Source of the DNA: Mobula hypostoma
Taxonomy: Eukaryota
NCBI RefSeq assembly: GCF_963921235.1
Contig: NC_086108.1
Location: 28,150,001-28,214,000 of the forward strand
DNA length: 64,000 nucleotides
Reading direction: 5' to 3'
The notes beneath the pieces are model-generated. The model was given only the letters and a program-made list of their open reading frames with translations. It did not search any database and had not been told where the DNA came from. This document shows positions 26,388-39,291 of the stretch, one piece after another; the first letter of the stretch is position 1; each line of letters starts with the position of its first letter. Made by a program: the position numbers and the translations under genes.

Positions 26388-27068
26388 GAGGGGGAGAAGA
26401 TGGTGGCGCGATGGCAGCGCATGCAGCCACTTCGGTAGTGATGTCTGTTATCTGTCACGTAGGGGACCGTGCACAATTCTGATTTGATGGAGATAGACGT
26501 GAGAACACGGAGAAACATCTGGAAAATTTCTGAAATGCCCGCTTTGCTGCCGCTGCTACTTTGTGGTAACCGGAATCTCCGGAGCTGAAGGCCTTGAAAT
26601 CCTCAGCGTTTCAGCGGCCGGGGAGAGGTCGAAGGCGCTCAGCAGAGGATGGCGCTCGGGAGGCTTTATCGGAGAGGCTGGTCGTAAGCTCGTAGTTTTC
26701 AGACGGGTGGACTCAGCGTCAGCTGTGGTCGGGTGCTTCCAAGGTATCGGCAAGATGATGGTACCTGGAGGTTTATGACAGGGAGTTCTCCCTTTTGCCG
26801 CCTGCTATCGGGGACTCGGGAGTCGATCAACTTGGGACTTTGAGACTTTTTTTTACTGTGTCTATGATCTGTTCTTCATCAAATTATGGTATTGTTTTGC
26901 GCTGCTGTAACTATATGTTATAATTATGTGGTTCTGTCAGTGTTAGTCTTTGGTCTGTCCTGTTTTCTGTGATATTACTCCGGAGAAACATTATATCATT
27001 TCTTAATGCATGTATGCATTTCTAAATGACAATAAAAGAGTTCTGAGTGTTCTCATAATCTAAATAAA
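26388..27068 (+). mobile_element. Non-coding CpG-rich retroposon with Rex1-like 3' end, interrupting a V-SINE
   Basis: Starts gaagatggtggcgcg; GC-rich body; T-rich 3' part ending atgacaataaaagag...taatctaaat. V-SINE sequence lies on both sides. Confidence 0.6.
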
Positions 27069-28331
27069 AAACCGATTGAAATGGAGGGGGAAGCATAAAA
27101 TGGCTGAGCAGAGAGCATTAAAGTGTGTTAATGGTTGGCAGGAATTCAGTGAGCCTGTTTCTGTGACTCAGTGACTCAATGACAAGAGAGGGTGTGAACC
27201 TAACAAAAGGTAATTTTCACAAATAGATGCCAGAGATAAAGCAATGTTGGAGAAAGAGGCCCTGCACATCCCCTTTAGACCTCACACCTCTCACACTTCC
27301 CCTCATCTTAAAACAGTGCCATCTACTGTTTGACATTTCAACTCTTGGGAAAAAATAATGGCAGAATGCCTCTCAGAACTTTATAAACTTCTAGAGATTC
27401 TACTACCAACATGGCTCTAAACTTCTGTCAGGCCTCCCTCAGTTTCTGACACTCCAGAGAAAACAATCCCAGTTTGTCCAACATATCCTTATAGCTCATA
27501 CCCTCTAATCCAAGCAGCATCATGATAAACCTCTTCTGCCCACTCTCTAAAGCCTGCACATCCTTCTAGTAATGGGGTGACCAGAACGTTATGTGAAAAT
27601 AGTTTTCAGCTTAAAGGCAGAATTTGCCAAGAGATGCTTTTGAACTTTGAAAAGTGAAGGAGGCTTCTTCTGCAGTTGACATGGAAGATGAGTGGCTGGC
27701 AAAGTGGGTGAAATCACTGTGACAGAAATTGCTTTCAGGACCTAACCATTCCCACTTACTGCAGCCAAATTGGTTACTACAAAATAGGTTGATACCAGCT
27801 GACTGGCATGTGAAATCTTGATGCTTGATGGCAGAACTTTTCTCACTGTTTTGCAAACATGTTGAAGGGAGGGTGAACAACTAACCCCTTGAGAAAACAG
27901 CCAAAACACTTTGGCTAAGTGGTAAACCTCAGGTTAGGACACAGGATTATTGAGTGCTTTCAAATATTTCTGCTCTCAAAATCAATTGAAAATCAATGAA
28001 ATGAGCAAAATTATTATATCATCTTAAAGTTAATTAAACACTCAAAATTTTTAAATAATTGAAATATATAACGATTGAAAAAGTGAGTTAATGTCTCATA
28101 CTTAACATGGTTCACTGCAACCCCAATTCTCCACTGAAGTAAGTGGACTCCCTCTCCATGAGCCAGGTCTAAACTTGGCATTGGCCCAATCGGCAGACTC
28201 CCCAGCACAGGTGTTGTCAGTGAATCACCAGCGAAAAGCAGCTGAAAAGTTCAGGATTTCTGCTTCTTTGTGGGAATCTCAAGTTAAAGTAGAGAAACAT
28301 CAGCAGTGCTTGTGTGGAACCCATTGGCATT

Positions 28332-29116
28332 TTCAAAGATTCAAAGTACATTTATTATCAAAGGTATGTATGCAATATACAACCCTGAGATTCATCTTCC
28401 CACAGACAGCTATGAAACAAAGAAAAAAACATGTAATCCATTCAAAGAAAATCAAAACCCTCTTACATGCAAAGAACAAATTGTGTAAGTGGCACAGAAA
28501 AATGAGTGAGAAGCACAGCATATAAGACATCAAACCACAAGTCATTGAAACAGTTCAGCTGTTAAGTTCAATCCAGCACCATATCATTTGATGACTGCAG
28601 GCTGCAGTGCCAGGTCTCCTCAATCAAAACCGCACAAAATAGCAACACAAAGGAGTGGCCAGAAACAGGTGATAATCTAGAGTCCAATCCACAAACTTTG
28701 CCCAAGACCCAAGACTCTGGCAGCATCAAGTGAGAGGGACAGAGACCAGTCACCCACAGGCAGACAGCGCTAAACACCCGCCCACCTTCTACTCCTGTCC
28801 TCGTTGATTTCAGTCTTCCTTGATGCTTTAATTGGCGGGATCATCAGGAAGTGGAGTCGATCATGGGCTCACGCCTCATCACCAGGCACCTTGTCCTCAC
28901 GGCTGCACACCAATCAGAACATCGCCGAACTCCCTTGAAGACAGGAAAGCACGAGATCGCTCAATCGGCCCAAAAACACGCCATCAAAGTGTAGATCACA
29001 GGTTCCAGCAGTGGCAGAATCATATTTGAAAGAAGAAGAAGAAACAAAAGGAGTGAAAGAAGCAGTTTCATGAACAGCCTGTCACCCTTGGTCGTGTTTT
29101 TCACTGGCACCATCTA
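28332..29116 (-). mobile_element. Non-coding retroposon with Rex1-like 3' tail
   Basis: The minus strand starts agtagatggtgcc and ends tgataataaatgtactttgaatctttgaa. Confidence 0.55.
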
Positions 29117-31164
29117 CTCTGTTGCACCTTTGTTTGAATTCACATGCAGTTGCATTATATTCATGATTAGCTAGCAGTTCCTCCAGCATGAAATGATCTG
29201 GTACAGAAGATTGGTGACAGACATTGAGATAACAATAGAAAGTCTGGAGTGCCTTGGTTGAGACAGATCAAAGTAGCTAAGGCAAACTAGAAGCAGGCAA
29301 GGATACCTAGAGAATCGCAGATGCACCAGAAGCTGTGAAGAGGCCAGTATTCGTGACTTGAGATGATGTGGAATGTCTGTAACTTCAGCTGCCTGTACTT
29401 TTGGGTGGGGCTACTGGAGAATGTTACCTCAGTAAGTAACTGCAGTACATCGGCTACATCAGAAATGGCTGAAATCAGGATAATTGTCCATTCTAAAATG
29501 ATAAGAAGTGACTAAAGATTGAAGTTTACAAAGCCTGTGAACTTGATGGTTGGAAACCTTTCTTGGTGCTCATTCGTTGCAGTATGGCTTTCTAGAAAGT
29601 GGAAAGTTGACTCAATGTCAATAATATGAGCATCATCTATATTGGGAGCAAGTGTAACACCATGAATGATGCTCAGTCTCATCATCAGGACTGTTAAATG
29701 GTGGGAGGTGTTACCATTCTAAAAGGAATTGTATCAATATCTTATTCTTGTAGAGTCATGGAGTCAAACAGAGGTTAGAGATGGGCTGTTCAGCACACTG
29801 AGTCCACACCAACTGTCCACCAGCCATTTACACTAACCTTCTTGTATTCTTCCCACATTTCCGTCAGCTCACTGACACACCAGGACAATCACATTGGCTA
29901 GTTAACCTGCCTTGTCTTTAGGATGTGGGGAGATAACAGAGAAAGCTAAATTAGACACAGGGAGAACGAGCGAACTCCACACGGACAGTGCCACTTTCAG
30001 ATTTCAAGAATAACAGAGCATACTTTGTGTTGTTCTATTATCGCTCCCTAACTTGGTAAAGGCAACTGAGGATTGTTTTAGGCCCTGTAACTGACCTGTG
30101 TTCCCAGATCTGCTTAAGTTATGTTTTCTTTTCCCTTATGAATGTTGCTGATCTGATGCTATGTACCTGCGATGTTGCTGCATGTAAGCTTTTTACATTG
30201 CAGCTGTGCATACATCCAGTAGGCTTGTGCATATGATAATAAAGTCAAGTTTGAGAGGAAAATGAGATGTGTTGGAAGTCATTTCATGTCATAATGCCAA
30301 TGAGCAGAAGGACGGTGTGCTCTTGAAGATAGTTTTCGAACAGATGGTCCATTTCTGGGACACTCTGTGCTAGGCTGGTGCCTATACAGGTTACAGTAGT
30401 AAGTGCCCAACCTCTTTAAAAAAACACCTTGCTCAAATAGTCAGAGCTCAGCTCGAAATGACTGAGAACTCAATTTTTATCCATTATTAAGTTACTCAAC
30501 AACTAGTAGTGCTGGCAGGTCTCGGGAGGCAGTATGTGAAGTTTATGATGCAGGAACAGGCCAGTTGGTCCATGCCCATAGATATGCTCTACATAGAGTA
30601 GCAAAATTTAAAGAGCCATTACCTCACAGTACTAGAGACCCACAAAATCGAGCACTGTCTGTATAGAGTTTCTCGCAATGACTCAGGGTACTCTGAGTTC
30701 CTCCTACATTCCAAGGACATGTAAATTGTTTGGTTAGAATTGGCAACTGTAATTAATCTTAGTGTGTAGGAGTTAGTAAAAGTGGGTGGTTAATGTTAAG
30801 CATGAACTCAGTGAGGCAAAGCCCCTACTTCCAAGTTATCTCTCTCCATGGCTCTAACACTACCTCCCATTCTACCAGCTAGAATCCTGTCCACATAGTT
30901 TTCTTCCTTTCTCCCTCAAATGTTCGTAATTCCTCTTAAATATAACTTTGCCCTTTACCAGAACCTCTCTAGTGAGGATAGAAACTGGATAATTTGGCAA
31001 ATAAATACGTGGCCAAGAAGATTGTGCGGGGGGCAGGGCTTCAGGTTCTTGAATCATTGGGATCTCTTCTTTGGGAGATATGACTTGTTCAAAAGTACTG
31101 ATTGCACCTGAACCCGAGGGGGACCAATATTCTTGCGGACAATTTTGTTAGAGTTGTTTAAACT

Positions 31165-31731
31165 GTTGTTGTTGTTCGTCCATCGTACGTCGATGAGGAC
31201 CTCGACACCATTATTGATGGTGTCGAGACTAGCGCGTGACTTGGATTTCAGTGAGGGAGGGTTGCGCAGTGTCAACCTCACTCTCTCTTCCCAATTCCCA
31301 TCTGGATACAGTGGCAAGACAGAGTCGAGACGGCCGGAAATGGGACTAGGTGCAGTGGATTACCAGGACGTATTCTGTGTCTTGTCCTGCTCTACACGTT
31401 CCACGACACTTTCAGAGACCGCCTTCTTGACCGTTGGACCTTCCATTGGTCTCGTCCGCTCAATCCTCCGGAGTCTGTCTTCACATGCTGGGATAGACAA
31501 CTCCCCATCTCACCAAGGGTTTGAGACCCGTCGGCTACCCTCACCTGGTTTAGCCGGCTTGTCGAAGCCGTTGCCCGGGGTGTGGCCGCTGTCGCATGCA
31601 AACAGCTACGGGGAGCCACAGGTGAGAGCTGAGTGCCAGGAGGGGACCAAAGGTGGACTAACTGCCTTAAAAAGGACGCGACATGTTACCCCACCAGAGG
31701 TGCTACCCCTCCCTGACACCCCATACAGCCC
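31165..31731 (-). mobile_element. Non-autonomous retroposon (probably RTE-derived), copy 2
   Basis: 10-bp TSD tgtttaaact (31155-31164 and 31732-31741); (CAA)n tail; removing it restores continuous CR1 sequence. Confidence 0.92.
31540..31722 (-). ncRNA. HDV-like (nested double pseudoknot) self-cleaving ribozyme, apparently intact
   Basis: Minus-strand RNA: P1 GGGGUGU (31722-31716) / ACACCCC (31583-31577); P2 CUCACCUG / CAGGUGAG; P3 GGC/GCC; L3 UCCCCGU plus an insert; P1.1 CC/GG followed by GCAA; P4 CGGCUU-cgac-AAGCCG; J4/2 GCUAA with the putative catalytic C at 31553. Confidence 0.8.
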
Positions 31732-32919
31732 TGTTTAAACTAATGTGGCGGGGGATGGGAACCAGAGTGAAGGGACTCAGGATAGGACGGAGGGTTAAAA
31801 AAAAAGCAAAGGTAGCATGCAGTCAGACTGTCAGGAAGGACAGGCAATTGATAGGAGAAAATTGCAGCCAGCAGGGTGAATATCAGTGTATTAAGGATGC
31901 AGAATCAAAAAGGGTAGCAAATCCAGTACTCAAAGTGTTTTATCTCAATGCACGGAATAGAAGAAATAAGGTGGATGACCTTGTACTTTTACAGATTGTC
32001 GGGTGTGATTCATCACTGAATCATAGCTGAAGGATGGTTGTGGTTGAGAGCAAAATGTCCGAGGTTTCATATTGTATTGGAGGGATAGGAAGATAGGCAG
32101 AGGGCGTGGCGTAGCTGTGCTGATAAAGAAAAGCATCAAATCATTCGAAAAATGTGACAGTATATGAATGATTTAAATGATGGAATAGATGGCTTTGTTG
32201 CCAAGTTTGCAGCTGATATGAAGATTGGTGGACGGGCAGGTAGGGTTGATGAAACAGGAAGGCTTCAGAAGGACTTAGACAGATTAGGAGAATGGGTGAG
32301 AATGGTAAATGAAATACAATGTCATTCACTTTGGTCGTAGAAATAAATGTTCAGATTTCTATACTGGGAGAAAATCCAAAAATCTGAGATGCAAAGGGAC
32401 TTTGGAGTACTTGTGCAGGACACGCTAAAGGTTAAATTGCAGGTTGAGTCGGTGGAGAGGAAGGCAAATGCCATGTTAGCACTCACTTCAAGAGGTCTAG
32501 TATACAAGAGCAGGGATGTGATGCTGAGGCTTTATAAGGCACTGGTGAGGCCTCACCTTGAGTATTCTGAACAGTTTTGGACTCCTTATCTAAGAAAAGA
32601 TGTGCTGGCATTGGAGAGGGTTCAGAGGAGGTTCCAGGAATTAAAGGGTTATCATATGAGGAACATTTGATGGCTCTGGGCCGATACCTGATGGAATTTA
32701 GATGGATGAGGGGGGTATCTCATTGAAACCTTTTGAATTTTGAAAGGCCTAGACAAAGTAGATGTGGAAAGGATGTGGGAGTCTAGGACAAGAGAGCAGT
32801 TTAAATGGCACTGGTGAGGCATGGCAACTTCTTATTGGTAGCATACAAAACAACGAAACTACTAACTACTTTACTAATCACACTTTTTCTCCAATACGGT
32901 TACTGCAATCAATAGCCTA

Positions 32920-33623
32920 TAACTTGAGATCTTGAAATACCTCAACAGCCTGGTATTTTTGTGGTTTGAACTGAAGCCTCAAAGGTGCAGGATGGTTGGG
33001 CGAAATTGAGACGGCAGGATCTAGACCCGAGAGTGGGAAATGTGCCAGTGTTTGGCTATTGCTGGAGCGGAATGGGAAGTGATTCAATGTGGCAGAACCG
33101 AGGCAATGCAGAGTCAAGGCTGGGGGCCCGGGCCTAGGCCTTGGCCTGAGAGCACAGAAAGATCAGAGGTTTGATTGATTTAAGCACTGGCCTGAATCGA
33201 AGTTTCGGGGCCCAGGCCCGAGAGCGTTTCAAAGCGGCAGACCCCGGTCTGAGAGCGATTATTGACCTGAGGTTAGGATAATTTCAGCACCAGGCCAGAT
33301 TGAAAAGGTCAGGGTGTCAGGGCTGGAGGCAAAGGGTGAGCTGGTTCACCTCACTGGTCTGTGAGATTTACTCATCTTTGTGCTGAATTGTTGCTGTGGC
33401 CTGCAACTATCGGGCTACAGAATCGACTGCAATGATGACTGGTATTGCTGCTACGGACTCAGTTTGCTTGCTTTTTTTTATTTGCACGGTTTGTGTTCTT
33501 TCTGCACGCTGGGTGTTTGGCAATCTTCTTTAATGGGTTCTATTTCTTTGTTTTCTGGCTGCCTGTAGGACGATGAATCTCGAGGTTGTAAATATAATAC
33601 ATAGTAAATGTACTTTGAACTTT
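32920..33623 (+). mobile_element. Non-coding retroposon with internal repeats and Rex1-like tail
   Basis: GC-rich body with recurring ggcccg/gagagc units; ends atagtaaatgtactttgaactttg. Confidence 0.5.
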
Positions 33624-33653
33624 GTTTCCTATCCTGCTCTCTGCCAGAAGAAG

Positions 33654-35230
33654 TGTTGTAATGTGAGCATTATTAAAAATAAGTTAATACTAATTAGGAT
33701 AATGGGGGGGGGGGGTTCACTTCTGTTCTTTTACTTCTGGTGTGCTTTTGTATGTAGTGTTCCTGCCGCGCCGTATGGGTTGTGAAAGCCTCTGTATATA
33801 TATCACGGGTATGACGTTCGAGATAAAGTTGTTTCTTTGGCATGAAGTTGTCAAGCGTGCCTTTTTCAAAGTAGAAGATACTACATATTTTTGGCGACGA
33901 GGTGAACTGGTTTTGTGGACGTGTCAGCACGTTTCGAATGGGAGCAGCAGCGCCAATAAGGGGTTCAGATGGCTACGTTTGGGACTATCGTTGAATTTGT
34001 GGAGTTAACGGAGGACTGGCCGGAGTATGAGGAAAGGTTGGGAAACTTTTTCTGTGGTAATGGAATTACTGAGGAGGTAAAGAAGCACTCTATTCTCCTG
34101 AGTGTGTGTGGGGCGAAGACTTACAAGCTAATAAGGAATTTAGCCACACCACGGAAACCGGGGGATATTCCTTATGACGAACTGGTCAAGCTCGTGGGGA
34201 ACCACTACAATCCGAAACCTTCTGAGATAGCCCAACGGTGTAAGTTTCACAGCCGTTTCAGGAAGACAAGTCAGTCTGTGGCCACTTTTGTGGCCGAGCT
34301 TCGGCAGTTGTTAGAGCATTATAGCATATAACCATATAACAATTACAGCACGGAAAGAGGCCATTTCAGCCCTTCTAGTCCATGCAGAGCTCTTACTTTC
34401 ACCTAGTCCCACCGATCTGCACTCAGCCCATAATCCTCCATTCCTTTCCTGTCCACGTATCTATCCAATTGTTAAGCTGACTGATGGGCGTGTTTTCCGC
34501 AGACATCAGGACCATGTGCGTCTGCGTCATGATACCGGCTCAGAGGCAGACAGTTCCATGGATTTTTCCATTTGTGAGACAGACTACGGTGGAAGCATGT
34601 CCACCAGTGACTTTGCCAGAGGGAAAGACACTGGCAGAGGGGTCGGGGTCCCCTGAAGAAGATGGACATTCTCACGCAGACACACAGACCCCTCTCAAGC
34701 CCCCAATACCAGACCCACCCAAAACACCATCACCAGCGGTGCCTGCTGGGTCACTGGGGGTAGTGCGCAGATCACAGCACACTCGTAAACCTCCTGACAG
34801 ACTGAATCTTTGACGAGACAGTTTTTTTTGTTGTTGTTGGATTGAATGTTGAATCTGTCATGCTTTCCAGATGTTTTGTATTGGTAAACTGTTGCTGAGA
34901 TACTAGTATAAGATTTCAGGGGTACACAAGTTAATAACACCACTGTTCTTATTTCCTAGTTTTTTACATTTCGGGAATGTTGGATTTTAAAGGGGGAGAA
35001 GTGTTGTAATGTGAGCACTATTAAAAGTAAGTTAATACTAATTAGGATAATGAGCGGGGTTTCTTTTCCGTTCTTTTACTTCCGGTGTGCTTTTGTATAT
35101 AGTGTTCCTGCCATGCCGTACGGGTTGTAAAAGCCTCTGTATATACATAACGGTTTTGACGTTCGAGATAAAGTTGTTTCTTTGGCACGAAGTTGTCGAG
35201 TGTTCCTTTTTCAAAGTAGAAGTTACTACA
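33654..35230 (+). mobile_element. Internally deleted Gypsy (Mag-clade-like) LTR retrotransposon
   Basis: LTRs 33654-33885 and 35002-35230 (TGTTGTA...TACTACA); 5-bp TSD AGAAG; PBS TGGCGACGAGG at 33892; PPT aaagggggagaag. Gag N-terminus at 33969-34323 (EDWPEYEERL...TYKLIRNL...HYNPKPSEI); pol C-terminus remnants (GRVFRRHQDHVR; RRSQHTRKPPDRLNL). Confidence 0.95.
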
Positions 35231-38200
35231 AGAAGCAATATCCTCTCTTTATAGGCTGTGTTGAAGTAACTTGAAAGGCCACAATTAGATCACCTGCTCA
35301 GTTTCTGCTTTCTGCAGAAAGGTGCCCCAGCCTAATTCTGGTTATTATCCTGCCACTCTCAAAAATCTATTTTGAACTTTTGTCGTCCATGTCATATAAC
35401 TCAGCACAAAAGGGGAATGTATTGATTCCTTTCCACCAGCATCCGTGAGTCATAGAAAGATGTGGCACGGAAAGAGGCCCTACAGCCCACTGAGTCCACA
35501 CTAATCTCAAACACTTATTGCACATTAAGTCCATTTTGTTTAATACTCCTCACATTCTCATCATCTACACCCCATGTCCTCAACCATGAATCTACATCTC
35601 ACCTTTACATGAGATGAAATTTACAGAGGTCAATTAAGCTACCAACCCGCATGTCTTTGGATGTGGAAGGGAACCAGAGACACTGAGAGGAAGCCCATGT
35701 GTCACATGGAGAACATGCAAATTCCACACAGATAGTGCCTGAGGGAAGGAGTAACTCGAGTCTCTAGTCCAGTGAGAGAGTGTTGGATATTCATTCCTTT
35801 GTTCTTTCAACGGTTCATAAAAATGGCCATAAGCAAAAAAGTTTTCTGCCTCGTTCTTGACTTCCAACGAACCTCAGATCAAAAACAGGAAGGGAATTGG
35901 GGAAGGGGAACAGCAGAAGTAGAGCCTAATAGTGTGGGAAATCAATGCTGAAAAAAGTCAACGAGCAAAGAATGAAGACAAAGATATTTAGTCAAAGTGG
36001 TCTGCTCTTCTTATACCAGTTTGCTAGCAGCAATAAATCCATTCAAATTCTCTTGCTTTTCTCAACCAATAAAATAGCCTCCATTCAAGCAACACATACA
36101 AAATGCTGAAAGAACTCAGCAGGCCAGGCAGCATCCATGGAAGAGAGTACAGTCAACATTTAGGGCCAAGACCCATTCAACAGAAACCCATTCAAATTCT
36201 GTTGCTTGACTCAACCAATAAAATTCAAATAATATATATTCATTCAAGTAATGTGATACTCACCTTTGAAACGAAGTAGTTACAGAACCAACTGAACAAT
36301 TAAATGTATATAGGTAATTATAGAAAAATAGAAGAAAGCATAAGAAGGTTAAGCTACAAGGAAACTAACAATTATACCGGCCAATGCAACAGCAATGTAT
36401 CCACAACCACCAATGAGCAACCCTTGGGTGAATGATGACTCTCAATTCCTGCAAGTGTTGTAATTCAGATTACAATTGGACATCACATTGGAAATGCATT
36501 TGGCAAAGGCAAAGGAAATAACTTGTTGAATCTGTTTTGTGGGGTATCTGCTCACCTCTGGGGAACAGCAACAAAGGGACAGTCTTTATCACTGCAGTAC
36601 TCTCCAGGCAGTTCTGGGTTTTTAACTGATGCAGATACCACCTTTCAGATGAAACGTTCAGCTGGCTACTCTCTCCATTGGGAATTTAACACCATTAGCT
36701 CAGGGAAGTTATCCCAATCAATATTCAACACCTAGGTCACTGTAGAAATGTACTTGCTGTGAAGTGCCTCGAGATATGATGTTGTGTTACATATACTCTA
36801 CCTATCTACTCTTTATCTTTTTCATTTGACAATTCGAAAGATCAAAGTCAAGTTTATTGTCTTATGTATGCACAGATGAAATGAAAGACTTACAGTAGTA
36901 TCACATATATGCATAGTAATGGAGAAGCAGAATTCACAAGGAAAACATCAGTTAAAGCAAAATTAAACACAATATTTACAGGAAAGAACACAATTCAAAC
37001 AAAAAAGTCTATTTTAGTGCAAAATGGTCATTTGAATGTTAAAGAAATGTTGTTACCCATCAGTTATTGATATTGGTTATTATTGTCACATATACCAAGA
37101 TACAGTGAAAAGCTTGTCTTGCATGTTGTTTGTACAGATCAGATAGTTGCACAGTGCTTTGAGTTAGAATACGATAAAACAATAATAATGCAGAATAAAG
37201 TGTGAAGGCTACCAAAAAAGTGCAGTTCAGATACACAATAAAGTGCAGATCAAATATAAGATCATGAGGAGAGAAATCGAGTTAATATTTCGGTTCAATT
37301 ACCACTCATCAACCACCATTGATCTGAGGCATCAACTGCCTCACTCTTTCTCCAGAGTGCTGCATGAACTTTTAGGTACTTTCAGCATTCTCGGCTTTGA
37401 CACAGAATTTCTGGCATCTGCAGTAACCTATTTGCTTCTTGATGAAAGTAATCTATTCCCTAGAGCACTTTTATTTTTATGCCAGGATATGGCTGTGATG
37501 TATATAACTCAATTCAGACAGTCACACAAGATCTGTAAAAACCCTACCTTTGCCGATTTGCTTAATATTTTGGTTTCAGATTTGATTTTTTTTTCTGAGA
37601 GATGTTCTGTTCTGTGGCAGAACATTTAGCAAGCGCCTGAACTCAACCTCATTCCATATTGGCAAGATGAGAGCTTCCTCTCTCTGTTGGCTGATAAAGT
37701 TCTGCACAATTAGAAATAAAAGCTGAAAATGCTGAGATACTGAATAGATCAAGCACCATATGCAGAAAGAGAAACAAAATTCATGATCCAGAACAAAGAC
37801 TCTTTATTTCAGATTTCGAGCATCTTAAGTTTATTTTTGGAATTCTGGAAAAGTTTGAGTTTGGGCTGGTTCCAGACCAATATCAAATAAGACACATAAA
37901 ATGCTGGAGGAACTCAACAGGTCAGGCAGCATCTATGCAAATTAATAGAGAGTCAACATTTCAGGACAGGTCCCTTCTTCTGGACTGGAAAGGAAGGAGG
38001 AAGATACCAGAATAAAAGCAGTGGGAGGAGGGGAAGGAGGATAGCTAGAAGGTGGCAGGTGAAGCCAGGTGGATAGGAAAGGTAAAGGGCTGGAGAGGAG
38101 AATTTCATGCAAGAAAGCACATCAAATAAGACATGTTGGAGGAGGAGAGAGGAAGTGATGTGTGGAATGTGGGCAAAAATATAAGGAGCTGGTGCACCTA

Positions 38201-39291
38201 TCAATTTATCAATATATCCACTTGGTCTATTGCTAACTGCAGCAATAAGGAAATTACTGTATTCCTATTTGTGATCCTTGATAATCAATGAATCTTATTT
38301 CAGTTTACCAAAGGGTTGTGGCTTGACTATCACTGCTTGCAGAGGCAAGCCATGAGTGGTCACATTTCTACAATTTTCTTCCTGGTGTCTCAGTTCACTT
38401 GGATGAAAATCTGAAAGAATGATGGGTTCTCAAAGAGATCTGCTCAGTAATTATTGAAAATGGCGAGAAACCTCAAGGAAGGTAACACACCTAAATGCAT
38501 AGGCTTTTAAACTTAAAGGGTTTTAATGTATTCCAATATTTTAAGTCATTTGTGTAAGTCAATTTTGCAATATTTTGAATAAGGAAGGAAATTCTTCCAT
38601 GTTACAAGAAGTGTTACTTGAACTACACTCAGCTGAATGTCCATAGAGATCTTTCCAATAAAAAACAGGGACGAGGTGTCTCTAGGGACGTTACGAACAG
38701 GGATCATAATGCTTTTTCTTCAGAGCACCCAAGACAGTAACACACAGAGGAACTTAGATGTACACAGCAGCATTTAATTCTATGAGTTTCATTGACATGA
38801 CAATGACGGGCACCTCAGAGCACAGGGAAGGCCTGTGTAGTGAGTGAAATTCAGTGTGTCACTAGTTCAAAGGCACCTTCCATTGCATTTGGGACCAGAA
38901 ACTTGCCTCAGGAAGGTTCTTTATGTCGATTATGGACCTCTCACTCCATTCTTCCCCAAGGCCTTCAGCATCTTACTAGCAGTCACAACTCAGACCCATA
39001 TGTGACTCCAATACACCCATTCACTCCCCAGCAACTGTTGGTAACCTGTACACTGAATCCTCAGCAGCCAATTGGATGCTGAGCCCCTAATTCTCTTTTG
39101 CTTTCTTTTGCCCCGCATACTCAATATTTGTTGGAAGTTGATAATTCTTATAGCAGTATATAACTGTAATTGCGAATATAATTTTGGTTATCCATATTCC
39201 AAAAAAGATTGAGAGACACTGGGGTAACTACATGAAAGATTGATAAGGATAAAACCAGAACTCATAAATTGCCAGAGGGCATTGAATAGAT

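Larger units (their letters stand above)
30966..32800 (+). mobile_element. Degenerate CR1 LINE (ORF1 esterase end plus deleted ORF2), interrupted at 31165-31731
   Basis: CGGQGFRFLNHWDLFFGRYDLFK (ORF1 SGNH-esterase-like), LKVFYLNAR (APE start), and LRLYKALVRPHLEY...LERVQRRF. Confidence 0.88.
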
